This document shows positions 11,607 through 21,687 of a stretch of DNA of 64,000 bases, piece by piece. Each line of letters starts with the position of its first letter. Within the stretch, counting starts at the first letter, position 1. Origin of the DNA: an uncultured delta proteobacterium (GTDB lineage Bacteria > Myxococcota_A > Polyangia > Fen-1088); assembly GCA_963796685.1 (NCBI GenBank), contig CAWCMR010000025.1:736001-800000 (forward strand), in the 5' to 3' direction. The translations under genes and the position numbers were made by a program. Below the pieces are notes generated by a model. The model made no database searches and was not told the origin of the DNA. It saw nothing but the letters and a program-made list of their open reading frames with translations.

Positions 11607-13374
11607 GATCGAGGGCGTTCCGACGCGTGACCACGCCGGGGCGCAGGAGATAGTCGAAGAGCAGGCGGTCGTCTTCCAGGGTGTCTTGGAAGTGTACGTT
11701 CCTGCCTGGGCCGCGTTGGCTGTCGGCCAATGCGCTCAGCGCCAGATCGTGCGTGGTGACCAATCCGACGGCGCCACGGTCGAGGAGCTGGCGAATGATG
11801 GCCTCGGCTCCCTCGCGGCGATCTTGCGAATTCGTGCCGTTGAGGATTTCGTCGAGCAGGAAGAGCACGGGTGGCGCGTGCGTGGCCAGGGACAGGATCT
11901 GGTGCAGGCGTTTGATCTCGGCGAAGAAGCGCGACACGCCCGCTTCCAGGGAATCCTGGGCGCGCAGGGAGGCGCCGAGCTGCAGCGGCGTCAGGGTCAT
12001 GCCGGCCGCGCACACGGGGGCCCCGGCCTGGGCCAGCACCGCGTTCACCCCCACCGTGCGCAAGAGGGTGCTCTTGCCCGACATGTTGGAACCCGTGACC
12101 ACCAGCAGCCGGCACCCTACATCGAGGCGCACGTCGTTAGCCACCCGCGCGCTGGCGGGGATGAGCGGATGGCCCAAGGCGGTCGCCGCGAAGGACGGAG
12201 GATCGCCCTGCTCGGCAACCTGCGGAAACGGGTAGTCGGGGTGCTCGAACGCGAAGGTGGCCAGCGAGGTCAGCGCCTCCACTTCCGCGAGAGTTGCCAG
12301 CCAGCGCATGGCCGCGGCGCCGTGCCGGGCGCGCCACGATTCGATGGCGAAGCTCAATTGCTCGGGCAAGAGCAGAACCGCTGCCGGGATGGCGAACAAC
12401 TGATTGCGCCGCGACTCCAGCCAGTTCACCAGGCGCTCCAGACGAACGATATGGCGGCTCGCCGGTTTGCCCTCGTCGGACAGGCCGGCCACCAGGGCCG
12501 CCAGGCGCGGGTCGGAGAAGCGCTCGCCGCAAAGGCGATCGATCGAGCGGGCGATGACCTTGAGCTCGTAGGCGCGGCGAAAGACCTGGGCTTCCACCGC
12601 CTTGGTCAGCCCGCGGTAGCGCGCGGCCCACAGCCGCTGCACGAGCACGATGGCCACCGCGAGGGGGATCGCTTCCGGGTTGGCAAACGCGTAGAGCACG
12701 GCCAAGCCGAGCGCGCCGAGCAGGCCGGTGGCCATGCGCTGCCACGCCGGCATCCTGGTGGTCGCCCGTGACAGCCAGTCCTCCAAGGCGTCCTCTCTTA
12801 CGCGCTCGTTCACCGTGCCTCCGGCCAGCCAGAGATCCTGGCGCAGGGATAGGTGCTTGCTCAGCTCGGCGACCGCCCGTTGACGACCGGCGATGTCTTC
12901 GACCGAGGCTGCCTGGATCAACCAATGCGCCAGCTTCGCTTGCCCGCTTCCGGTTCTGGCCATGCACAGATGCGAGAAGATCGACGACGGTCCGAAGATG
13001 TCCAGGTCCCCCGTGTACGGATGCGCGGGATCGACGAAACGTTGTCCATCCGGCGCACCCTTGACGGCGCGTCCTTGCACCCGGGCCAGTCCGTCCTCGC
13101 AATAGCGAACCCGCGCTTCGTGCCGCTTGCTCCGGTGCTCCACCAGCGCGATCGCGATGGTGAGCGCGACGAACACGACGGCACTGACTATGGCAGCCTG
13201 CCCGAAGTACCCGTGCCGCGAGCACGCCTCGCCGGCCAGCACGATCCCGGCCACGAGATCCGCGATACGAACCCGCACCAGCCAGGTCAACCAGCGCCGA
13301 AGACGCCCGAGGTGTCCCTGTTCCGCGGCCAAACAGCGCGCGTACGTGGCGCCGGGATCGTCCTCGCTCTTCAT
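11563..13374 (-). CDS. MutS-family ATPase (domain V type, with TM segments)
   Basis: TGSNMSGKSTLLR, SRFFAEI, LDEILNGTNS and TTHDL motifs; no mismatch-recognition domain evident. Confidence 0.9.
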   Translation of the reverse strand: MKSEDDPGATYARCLAAEQGHLGRLRRWLTWLVRVRIADLVAGIVLAGEACSRHGYFGQAAIVSAVVFVALTIAIALVEHRSKRHEARVRYCEDGLARVQGRAVKGAPDGQRFVDPAHPYTGDLDIFGPSSIFSHLCMARTGSGQAKLAHWLIQAASVEDIAGRQRAVAELSKHLSLRQDLWLAGGTVNERVREDALEDWLSRATTRMPAWQRMATGLLGALGLAVLYAFANPEAIPLAVAIVLVQRLWAARYRGLTKAVEAQVFRRAYELKVIARSIDRLCGERFSDPRLAALVAGLSDEGKPASRHIVRLERLVNWLESRRNQLFAIPAAVLLLPEQLSFAIESWRARHGAAAMRWLATLAEVEALTSLATFAFEHPDYPFPQVAEQGDPPSFAATALGHPLIPASARVANDVRLDVGCRLLVVTGSNMSGKSTLLRTVGVNAVLAQAGAPVCAAGMTLTPLQLGASLRAQDSLEAGVSRFFAEIKRLHQILSLATHAPPVLFLLDEILNGTNSQDRREGAEAIIRQLLDRGAVGLVTTHDLALSALADSQRGPGRNVHFQDTLEDDRLLFDYLLRPGVVTRRNALDLMRLVGIEVGASKS

Positions 13375-13444
13375 GCTGGCCGCAGACTACCAGAGCCTCG
13401 GCGAGTCGCGTTCACTCCTTGCGCGTCGAGGGCCGCAAGGACCG

Positions 13445-13846
13445 TCACGCTTCGTGAACCGTCTTGTCGGCGGCCAGGGCCCCGACCTGCGCGCGGAAGT
13501 CGTCCACCCGCTGGCGTGCCCCGCGGAAGTACGCGCCCAGGCTGTCGTAGGTGCCAATCGTTCTGGGGATCACCGTCGACAAGTGGCAGCGGTGGCAGGA
13601 GAGCAGATCGCTGTCCTCGGAACAGGGGTGGCGATACACCTCGCCGAAACAAGTGCGGTGGATCGCGACCAGGGCCGGCGTTCCGGTCGCCCGGTTCGGC
13701 ATCGGGATCCGGTCGTTGCCGCGGGCCGCCCGCAGAAACACCTTCAAGGGCGGCGAGTCCAGCCGGGCTGCTCCCACGGGCAGGACGATCTCCGGGAATC
13801 TCCCGGACAGAGACGTTCCTGCCATCTTGGATCCGCGTTCGATACT
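13445..13846 (-). CDS. Hypothetical protein, possible Zn-binding His/Cys motif
   Basis: HRTC...CHRC; fills the gap between genes; start uncertain. Confidence 0.4.
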   Translation of the reverse strand, partial: SIERGSKMAGTSLSGRFPEIVLPVGAARLDSPPLKVFLRAARGNDRIPMPNRATGTPALVAIHRTCFGEVYRHPCSEDSDLLSCHRCHLSTVIPRTIGTYDSLGAYFRGARQRVDDFRAQVGALAADKTVHEA

Positions 13847-14174
13847 CATCGCGCCCTCGCTACGAGCTGTTGCCATAGCGATACCACAATTGGGCCGCGA
13901 ACAACCGGGAAGACTTCGAGCCCGTGTCGCCGGCTGCACCCTGATGTCCAGCAAGACGTCCCACCTCGTTCCGACTGGACGAAATCAAGCCTGCGAAGAT
14001 AGAAAAGGGGCCCAGGTCATCACGTTGGCAAGACGGCGAAGGACACACCCCCAGGAAGAGCTCAAGACGCAATGACGTCCCGCACGAAATGCGCCCGAGG
14101 GAACCGGAGGCGAGCGACGGCTCGACGAGCCGGAGCCGGATGGCGACGAGTGGGTTCTGTGGGGAGGGGAGCTC

Positions 14175-15227
14175 ATGTGGGCTGCGGGCACGACGAGCGG
14201 CGGAGCCCCGTATGGTCTGACGTACGCCGAGTGGCGCCAGGCGATGCGTGAAGCAGAAGCCAGCTCCGGATGGGCGCGAGCCCCGCACGTGCTCGAGGGG
14301 CTTGCCCACCAGCGCTGCCCGCGGGCCGACCATCGAGAGGTCGGGCGCGTGGTCCACCTCGGGGCTGGCCTGGCGCGCGACGCCTTCGCGGCGGAGCTGA
14401 CGGTTGCTCCCGATCCAGAGCGGCTCTCCGCTGTTTATGTCGTCCTGCTTCCTTGCGCCGACGCGGAGGGTGATAGCGACCAGCACGTGAGACGGGAAAT
14501 GGCCGTGCTGAGCACGCTCGCGAGCGCAAGCCTACCGTTCCGCGTGCCGCGCGTTCTCGGGGCCTGGCCCGATCGGCACGGCACCGCCTTGGCTTGCACC
14601 TCCGGCATCCCGCTGGACCTGCGGGCCAGTCGTCAACCGAGCGTCCGCCCCTGGGTGGTGGTGGGTGAGATTGCCGCCGCCATCCACCGGATCGATGCGG
14701 CGGTGCTTCCGCCGGGACTGGCTGGCCCCCGGACCCGGCAGGACCACGCACGCGCGGCGCTGGCCGCGCTTGCGCCCCTCGACGTGCCGGAGGCGCAGGA
14801 CGCCCTTGACTGGGCGACCGAGCACCTGCCACCACCCGAGCCTGCTCGACTGCTGCACGGCAATCTTCTCGGCCAGAACATCCTCCTCGACCCCGGCAGC
14901 GATCTTCCTCATGGCGTCATCGACTGGGAGCTCACGGCTTGCGGCGACCCCGCCTATGACCTCGCCATCGTCACGCGATGTGCCCGGCAGCCTTTCCAGA
15001 TACCGGACGGCGCGCGGCGCCTGCTCGATGTCTATCACAGCTCCGGTGGCTCGCCGTCTGTCAGCCTGGACCATGTCCGCATCCACGAGCTCGCCCTCGC
15101 CGCTGGCTGGTATCGCGCCGGGCTCGCTGATCCCGAGCGCGGCGTGCACCGTATGACCGAATCCCTCCATGCCCTCCGGCGCGTGCTCCGCGCGGCAGAG
15201 ATGCCGGGGCGCGGGTCGGCCGGTTGA
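14175..15227 (+). CDS. Aminoglycoside phosphotransferase (APH)/kinase-like protein
   Basis: LLHGNLLGQNILL, VIDWE and GDPAYDLA motifs. Confidence 0.85.
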   Translation: MWAAGTTSGGAPYGLTYAEWRQAMREAEASSGWARAPHVLEGLAHQRCPRADHREVGRVVHLGAGLARDAFAAELTVAPDPERLSAVYVVLLPCADAEGDSDQHVRREMAVLSTLASASLPFRVPRVLGAWPDRHGTALACTSGIPLDLRASRQPSVRPWVVVGEIAAAIHRIDAAVLPPGLAGPRTRQDHARAALAALAPLDVPEAQDALDWATEHLPPPEPARLLHGNLLGQNILLDPGSDLPHGVIDWELTACGDPAYDLAIVTRCARQPFQIPDGARRLLDVYHSSGGSPSVSLDHVRIHELALAAGWYRAGLADPERGVHRMTESLHALRRVLRAAEMPGRGSAG

Positions 15228-15255
15228 GACGGGACCTTCGCAGGTCGAGCTTGCA

Positions 15256-15606
15256 TCATCCCCGGCTGGGCCGCCGAGATGACCGACCGGCCTTGCGCGC
15301 GGGCCGCCGCGCCGGCTGCGCGCGCCGGACCGGGAGCCCCGGTTGAGCACGACTCACGAGCGGGAATCGCTCCGGGTGCTCGATGGATGCAAGCGCGAGA
15401 TCGACATCGAGGTCGGGCCAGCGAAGGTGGTGGGGGCTGGGCCTTTCCACGGCCGCGATCTGTCGGATCGTGGCATCTGCAAACCAAGGGAACAGCTTGA
15501 ACGGAACGAACAGCTCGCGCTCGTCCACGAGCAGGCAGAAACCATCCCGAGCGACCTTACTAACCTCGACGGTAGAAATGGTCTTTCCACGCAGCGCGGA
15601 CTTCAT
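15256..15606 (-). CDS. DUF2442 protein (putative antitoxin)
   Basis: FVPFKLFPWFADATIRQI..LRWPDLDVDL; ATG at 15606. Confidence 0.85.
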   Translation of the reverse strand: MKSALRGKTISTVEVSKVARDGFCLLVDERELFVPFKLFPWFADATIRQIAAVERPSPHHLRWPDLDVDLALASIEHPERFPLVSRAQPGLPVRRAQPARRPARKAGRSSRRPSRG

Positions 15607-15805
15607 CTTCGTTCTCCTTGAGCAGCCGAAACGCCACCGAAATCTGGCGGTGGCCGAGACCGTGATTCTGCGCGAGCTCGACTGCCGGTTCCAGCCAGAA
15701 TTTCGCCTGGCCGGTCGCGTGTTGGACGTGCACATGCGCCCGCGGCTCCTCGCGCGAGAAGAAATAGAACCGGTATCCGCCGATGCGAAGGACCGTGGGG
15801 CTCAC
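15560..15805 (-). CDS. DUF4160 protein (HicA-like putative toxin)
   Basis: PTVLRIGGYRFYFFSREEPRAHVHV..AKFWLEP; typical pairing with DUF2442. Confidence 0.88.
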   Translation of the reverse strand: MSPTVLRIGGYRFYFFSREEPRAHVHVQHATGQAKFWLEPAVELAQNHGLGHRQISVAFRLLKENEDEVRAAWKDHFYRRG

Positions 15806-15858
15806 GCGAAGGTTATCGGGAGCCGATCGGAGAAGTTGCTGGGAGCGACGTCGGACGA

Positions 15859-15936
15859 GGGTCCATCGCCCGCGCGCTAGGGCCGGATTCGCCGCCGACG
15901 ATCACCCAGTCGATCCTTCGCAGGTCGAGCTTCGGC
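15859..15936 (-). repeat. 78-bp remnant of a DUF5131 gene, paralogous to 21884-21961
   Basis: 74/78 identity by manual alignment; encodes [19 protein letters not shown]. Confidence 0.9.
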
Positions 15937-16011
15937 GCGCGAGGGCCGCTCCGCACTACCGGCGTTCGCGTTGGCGGGAGGGGCAAGCCATCCTCCGCGT
16001 TTCCGCGGAAG

Positions 16012-18023
16012 GTGCGCCAGGCAAAGCCTGGGCAAGGAGGATGACATGTAGAACCATGATTGAAACCTTGCGAAGGAACCCGGCGGGACAAGCCCGCCCG
16101 GCAAAGGCTGGCAACCAGCCGGAACCGAGTGTTGCGTGGTTCGGGGGTAACCCCGACTGCGAAGCGTACACAGGGAGCATGAGGGCCGCGCGATAGAGCC
16201 TCGAAATGAAACTGCTTGCGGGAGATGCCGTGGTTTTCTGAGCGGCGTCAGCACCTGCGATGCCGCAATGGCTAGGCGTTGAGGTCCCGCCGGGGTCGAA
16301 GAACGTGGCGCGCATGCACAGGGGTTCCACAGGAACCTGGGAGGTCCTGTCGTCTCCACTGACAACAAGGGAAGGGCACCCGGCGGAAGCCAAGAGCCCA
16401 GGCCCCATCACGACGCGCTCGACACGATGGGGAGCGAACGAATGAGCGCGCAGTGGTACCGCCAAGCGAAGGAAACGAAGCGCGGCGGGAAGGGCGAAAG
16501 GAAGTCGGAGCTTTCTCGTAGTACCGATGAAGCGGGGGAACCGACCCGAGGGACCCCGTGGAGGGAAGGGGGAGCCAAACTACGGAACGGCTGGAGAGAA
16601 AGATGAAGGGAACGTCGAGTCCCGAAAACGTCTCAACGAAACTACAGCGGATAGCAAAGCTGGCGAAGGAATCACCGGACATGGTGTTCACGACGCTTGC
16701 CCATCACATCGACCTGGAACTATTAGACCAAGCGTTTCGGCTGACCCGAAAGGATGGGGCGACTGGAGTAGACGGCCAGGATGCGACCGGGTACGCGGCG
16801 AATCTGCAGGGAAATCTGCGGTTGCTGCTAGACCGGTTCAAGTCGGGCACGTACCAGGCGCCTCCGGTTCGACGGGTGCATATCCCGAAGGGGGATGGTA
16901 AGTCGACCCGCCCCATAGGGATACCGACCTTCGAAGACAAAGTGCTTCAAAGGGCGGTCACGATGGTGCTGGAGGCGGTTTATGAGCAGGACTTTCTAGC
17001 CTGCTCGTATGGCTTCCGACCGGGCCGGTCGGCGCATCAAGCGCTGGCAACGCTTTGGCAGGGTCTGATGAACATGGGCGGTGGCTGGGTGATTGAGGTA
17101 GACATCAAGAGCTACTTCGACACCGTCGACCATGGACATCTCCGAGGCTTTCTCGACAGAAGGGTGCGAGACGGAGTGCTCCGTCGAGCAATCGACAAGT
17201 GGCTCAAAGCAGGAGTTCTAGAGGACGGCAGCGTGTACCACCCTGAAGGCGGAACGCCCCAGGGAGGTGTCGTCTCACCGCTACTCGCGAACATCTACCT
17301 GCACGAGGTCCTGGATACGTGGTTTGCTCGGGAAGTGAAGCTCAGACTTCGGTCACAGGCATTCATGGTCCGGTACGCAGATGACGTGGCCATCGTCGTT
17401 GGAAACGAGGACGATGCCCGCAGAGTGTTGGATGTACTCGGCAAACGGTTTGCCAAGTATGGCCTCGCCCTGCATCCAGAGAAAACCAGGATGCTCGACT
17501 TTCGAAGGCCGCGCAGGTCGCAGTCGTCTGCGAACCCGAGTGCGCCTGAGACTTTCGACATGCTGGGCTTCACCTGGTACTGGGGTAAGTCCCGCAAGGG
17601 AGCCGCAGTCATCCAGCGCAAAACCTCGTCGAGCCGCTTTTGTCGAGCGCTCTCTCGAATCGCTGACTGGTGTCGGACCCATCGGCACGACGCCGTCGCC
17701 GCACAGCACATCGACCTTTCGCGGAAGCTTCGCGGACACTATGCGTATTTCGGAATCACCGGAAACGCACGCTGTCTCAGTCGCTTTCTGCACGAGGTCG
17801 AGCGCGTGTGGCGCTACTGGCTCAACCGTCGGTCAGCAAGAGCAAAGATGGTGTGGGAACGCTTCTGTGCTCTGCTGCAGCGGTATCCGCTGCCGCCGAT
17901 CCGAATCGTCCACAGCGTCTACCGACCCGCAACGAAACCGTAGCTTGAGGAGCCGGATGCGGGAAATCTGCACGTCCGGATCTGTGGGAGCCCTGGGCGG
18001 ACAACCGCCCAGGGCCACCCGAC
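16012..18023 (+). mobile_element. Group II intron (probably bacterial class E), complete
   Basis: 5' GTGCG; domain V GAGCCGGATGCGGGAAATCTGCACGTCCGGATC; domain VI ending CCCGAC; internal RT ORF; candidate EBS1 TTTCTG (16235-16240) pairs with exon end CGGAAG. Confidence 0.93.
16603..17943 (+). CDS. ltrA: Group II intron reverse transcriptase/maturase (no endonuclease domain)
   Basis: [41 protein letters not shown] domain; alternative start GTG 16558. Confidence 0.95.
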   Translation: MKGTSSPENVSTKLQRIAKLAKESPDMVFTTLAHHIDLELLDQAFRLTRKDGATGVDGQDATGYAANLQGNLRLLLDRFKSGTYQAPPVRRVHIPKGDGKSTRPIGIPTFEDKVLQRAVTMVLEAVYEQDFLACSYGFRPGRSAHQALATLWQGLMNMGGGWVIEVDIKSYFDTVDHGHLRGFLDRRVRDGVLRRAIDKWLKAGVLEDGSVYHPEGGTPQGGVVSPLLANIYLHEVLDTWFAREVKLRLRSQAFMVRYADDVAIVVGNEDDARRVLDVLGKRFAKYGLALHPEKTRMLDFRRPRRSQSSANPSAPETFDMLGFTWYWGKSRKGAAVIQRKTSSSRFCRALSRIADWCRTHRHDAVAAQHIDLSRKLRGHYAYFGITGNARCLSRFLHEVERVWRYWLNRRSARAKMVWERFCALLQRYPLPPIRIVHSVYRPATKP

Positions 18024-18189
18024 CGTCCGCCTTCGCCTCTACCCGCGCGATCTCGCGAGCCCGGTCAATCGCGCCTTCGACAAGATCGGCCTCGTCCGGA
18101 TGCGTGCCACTTTGGGCTTGCGCTGCCACTATTAAGTGACACTATATACCGGTAGTAAGTAACGCTATGTAGACGTCAAGGAGCCGTTC

Positions 18190-18519
18190 ATGGGCAAGCA
18201 AATCACGGAAATGCTGAAGGGAATCTTGGAGGGCATCGTCCTCGCGAGCCTGTCCGTGCGGCCCGCGTACGGCTACGAGATCACGGCGCGGCTGCGGGCC
18301 CAGGGCTTCTCCGACATCGCAGAGGGCACCGTCTACGCCCTGCTCGTCAGGATCGAGCAGCGCGGCTTCGTCGACGTGGAGAAGGTCCCATCCGACAAAG
18401 GGCCGCCGCGGAAGGTGTACTCGCTCAACGCTCAGGGGAGGGAATACCTGGAAGAGTTCTGGAGGACCTGGAGCTTCCTCGCTGAACGGCTCGAACAGCT
18501 CCATGAAGGAGGCAGATGA
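18190..18519 (+). CDS. PadR-family transcriptional regulator
   Basis: MLKGILEGIVL..YGYEI..EGTVYALLVR..GPPRKVY. Confidence 0.92.
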   Translation: MGKQITEMLKGILEGIVLASLSVRPAYGYEITARLRAQGFSDIAEGTVYALLVRIEQRGFVDVEKVPSDKGPPRKVYSLNAQGREYLEEFWRTWSFLAERLEQLHEGGR

Positions 18520-18520
18520 C

Positions 18521-18880
18521 ATGTTCATTTCAAAATTCATCGCGAAGGTGATCGGCGAGAAGGGGCAATGGCGGCAGTACAAGGCGCGCGCAAAACAACT
18601 TCCCGCGAGCTATCGCACGGCGGTCGATGCGCTGGAGCGGTACCTGATGTACTTCGGGACGGGGGGCGATGGAACTGCGCTTTACGCGGACCTCGTCGAC
18701 CTATTCGAGCAGAGCGCGGCGAACCGGACCCCGATCCGCCAGATCGTCGGGGAAGACCCGGTGGAGTTCATCGAGACGTTCGTCCGGAACTACCCGAAGG
18801 GTGAGTGGATCATCCGGGAGCGGGAACGACTGACCAACGCCATCAAGCGCGCCGCCGAAGAAGAAGCGAGGAAAGTCTGA
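18521..18880 (+). CDS. DUF1048 protein
   Basis: WRQYKARAKQLP..ALERYLMYFG..IVGEDPVEF; usual partner of this PadR type. Confidence 0.88.
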   Translation: MFISKFIAKVIGEKGQWRQYKARAKQLPASYRTAVDALERYLMYFGTGGDGTALYADLVDLFEQSAANRTPIRQIVGEDPVEFIETFVRNYPKGEWIIRERERLTNAIKRAAEEEARKV

Positions 18881-18896
18881 TGACGGGCGATGCAAA

Positions 18897-19395
18897 ATGA
18901 CTGGCGCGACCAGCGAAACACCGGTGCGGGGACATGTCGAGGCCGGCTGGGGAAAGGTGGCCGATGTCTTCCGGGCGAGTTTCGCAGGGAGCCCCGGCGA
19001 GGTCGGCGCAGCGTGCTGTGTCTACGTCGACGGCCGCCCCGTCGTCGACCTGTGGGGCGGCCTCGCCGACCGCGAGGCGAACCGTCCGTGGGACCAGGAC
19101 ACCATCGTCGCCGTCGCATCCACGACCAAAGGCGCTACTGCGATCTGCGCCCATCTGCTGGTCCAGCGCGGCGAGCTCGATCTAGACGCGCCGGTGGTCA
19201 AGTACTGGCCGGAGTTCGGCGCTGCCGGCAAGGAACAGATCCCGGTGCGCTGGCTACTCTCGCACCAGGTCGGCCTGCCGATCGTCGATGGACCGCTGAC
19301 CTTCGAGGAAGCCTGCGCTTGGTATCCGGTCATCCGGGCGCTCGAGGCGCAGAAGCCGCTGTGGCAGCCGGGCACCGAGCACGTCTACCACCAGG
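18897..19395 (+). pseudogene. Serine hydrolase (beta-lactamase family), 3'-truncated
   Basis: SxxK (ASTTKG), LLSHQ and WQPGTEHVYH, after which similarity stops at about 165 aa. Confidence 0.8.
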
Positions 19396-19543
19396 AGTCC
19401 GACGAGCCGGTTGGGGTGAAGCAGCCCCGGCCAAGTAGCAGGCGTCCGGGCCGAGCGCGGGATCACAGCCGGGCTCGACTTCCGGGCGCCAGGCTCGACT
19501 GGGTGCCGGCAATTCTGCGAGAATCGCGGGCGCGAGGGATGAC

Positions 19544-20896
19544 ATGACGGGAATCCGAATCTTCCGATGGGCGCGTGCGGTTGGCGCTCTTGCCGTGGTC
19601 TTGACGATCGCTGGCTGTAGCCGAAGTGGCCTACAGGCACGCGCGGTCGATGGCGGGTCGTCGTCAGCGAGGCCGGAGGCGAGCCCCGATCGGGCCATCG
19701 CGGTCGACCCCGAAGCGGGCCCGGAGAGTGGACTGGAAAGCGGCCCCGAGGTCGCGCGGGAAACGGTCCCCGAGGGACCCGACGTGCCGGTGTTCGCGCT
19801 CGAAGGCGGCTCCGAGCCGGCTCGGGAAGCACCGTTCGAGGCGCCCGGTGACCGGCCGGTTGTGCCGGAGATTGGCTGGGAAGGGGGGCTCGAGACCCCG
19901 TCCGAGGCCGGCTCCGCCTGTCCAGGCGCGGTGACGGTGGCCAAGACCCTCGCCGAGATCGACGGGCAGGCCCTGCCGTCCGCGCTCGCGGTGCAGGGCG
20001 ACCGTATCTTCGCGGGCGTGACCAACGGTGGCGCCGGCACGGTAGCCCCCACCGGCGCCATCGTCGCCGTGTCGCTGACCACGGGCGAGAAGACCACCTT
20101 TCCGCTCGGCGGCAACCTGCCCAATCAGATCGTCGCCGCTCCCGGCGCGCTCTTCTACATCCAAGGCAAGGTGGAGCCGACCACGGATGGGTGGCGCTTC
20201 GACTACACCAACGTGGCTCGTCTGGATCTGGCGACCGGGCAGGTCTCGATCGTCGACAGCGAAGTCGTAGAGGCGGCCGTCTCGATCGAGTCGGTGGTCA
20301 CCAATCCGAGTGGCGAAGTCTACTGGTCCATGCTGACGGACGTCAGCGGGGCATCGGTCATCAAACGATGGGATCCCGTCGCCCTCACCACGCAAACCGC
20401 TCTGAGCTGGGGCAAGGGCCTGCCTCTGTTGATCGATGCGGACCACTTCTACTGGTCCGAGCTCGACACCAACCTGCACACCTTGTTCATGTCGATGCCC
20501 AGCCCGAGCGGGTCGATCTTCCAGGTCTACCGGTCGCCCGATGCCTTCCCCGACGCGCCCAGCCTGACAGCCGTCGACGACCAGAGCCTCTACGCCGTCG
20601 CCACGGGGAGTGCCGACCCGGGGATCCTGGCCATACCCAAGACCGGCGGCGACAGTCGCATGGTCGTCGCCGGCGCGAATCCCATCCTGTTCGACAGCCA
20701 TACCATCGACGACAAGCACGTCTACTGGGTCGACCAATCGGACCAATCCAGCGTCCGCCGCGCCCCCAAGGCCGGCGGTGGCCCCACCGAGGCGGTGTGG
20801 TCCGGCGCGTCCGGAATCTCGGGCCTCGCCGTCGACGGCTGCAACGTCTACTGGACCGTCAGCGGGCCGACGCGGCTGATGGTGAAGGGAAAGTAG
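19544..20896 (+). CDS. Lipoprotein with low-complexity linker and probable beta-propeller
   Basis: Lipobox IAGC; repeated [IV]DxxxVYW motifs. Confidence 0.8.
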   Translation: MTGIRIFRWARAVGALAVVLTIAGCSRSGLQARAVDGGSSSARPEASPDRAIAVDPEAGPESGLESGPEVARETVPEGPDVPVFALEGGSEPAREAPFEAPGDRPVVPEIGWEGGLETPSEAGSACPGAVTVAKTLAEIDGQALPSALAVQGDRIFAGVTNGGAGTVAPTGAIVAVSLTTGEKTTFPLGGNLPNQIVAAPGALFYIQGKVEPTTDGWRFDYTNVARLDLATGQVSIVDSEVVEAAVSIESVVTNPSGEVYWSMLTDVSGASVIKRWDPVALTTQTALSWGKGLPLLIDADHFYWSELDTNLHTLFMSMPSPSGSIFQVYRSPDAFPDAPSLTAVDDQSLYAVATGSADPGILAIPKTGGDSRMVVAGANPILFDSHTIDDKHVYWVDQSDQSSVRRAPKAGGGPTEAVWSGASGISGLAVDGCNVYWTVSGPTRLMVKGK

Positions 20897-21024
20897 GGGC
20901 CGGGAACCCGAGAGGAACCTTGGTTGCCCGGTCGGTGTGGGGAGCCGGGGAGATCACGGCTCGCGTCTCACCGCCAGATAGCTCTCCCCCACCGCGAGCA
21001 CGGCAGCAGTGCTAGAATCAGACT

Positions 21025-21357
21025 ATGGGCGTCGACGCCATCAATCTCGACCGCAAGCTCGACGAATTGGTTCGTCGACTGCGGGATGCCTACGTCCCCG
21101 AGCGCATCTACCTTTTCGGTTCCAAGGCCCGCGGCGATGCCGGCCCGGATAGCGACTACGACATTCTGATCGTCGTCCCCAACAGCGCCACCGCAGAGGC
21201 CCGCGGCAGCAAGCTCGGCTACCAGGCTCTACGTGGCACCGGGATCGCCGCCGACGTGGTCGTGTGCTCGCACGCCTATTTCGAGGCCCGTTCGCACCTG
21301 CAGGCCTCATTGCCCGGAACCGTGCTGCGCGAGGGTCGCCTGCTCCATGCCGCCTGA
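21025..21357 (+). CDS. Minimal nucleotidyltransferase (MNT) of an MNT-HEPN pair
   Basis: IYLFGSKARGDAGPDSDYD. Confidence 0.92.
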   Translation: MGVDAINLDRKLDELVRRLRDAYVPERIYLFGSKARGDAGPDSDYDILIVVPNSATAEARGSKLGYQALRGTGIAADVVVCSHAYFEARSHLQASLPGTVLREGRLLHAA

Positions 21358-21643
21358 CCCTGCACGCACGGAGGACACGCGAGCGTGGCTCGACAAAGCG
21401 GCAGGCGATCTGCGTGCCGGGGCCCACAGCCTCACCGCGGATCCACCGCTGACATTCGACGTGTCTTTCCACGCGCAACAAGCCTGCGAGAAGGCCCTCA
21501 AGGCACTCCTGGCCTGATATCCTGGGGACGCCAACGATCCAACCGACGACGAGGCTGTCGCGGCTTTGGCCGCTGCCCGGGCCGTCTTTCAGGCCGTCAT
21601 CGATCGCCTTCCGGCCGACGTGCGGCCGGCAGGCCGAGGCTAA
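21347..21643 (+). pseudogene. HEPN-domain protein with internal deletion and in-frame stop
   Basis: WLDKAAGDL..FHAQQACEKALKALLA-TGA-YPGD..EAVAALAAARAV; the central H-containing segment is absent. Confidence 0.82.
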
Positions 21644-21687
21644 GGTCGGGCGCCCCGGCGACCATAGCAGAGCGCCCCGCCACCCGC

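Noticed and set aside
13941-13996. Hammerhead-ribozyme-like CTGAT-GTCCAG...CTGGAC-GAAA
   Set aside because: The core lacks the GA of CUGANGA, and I could not form stem I or a convincing stem III.
21515-21517. Selenocysteine or readthrough TGA in the HEPN gene
   Set aside because: It is better explained as a deletion junction, and a Cys-equivalent position is not expected there.
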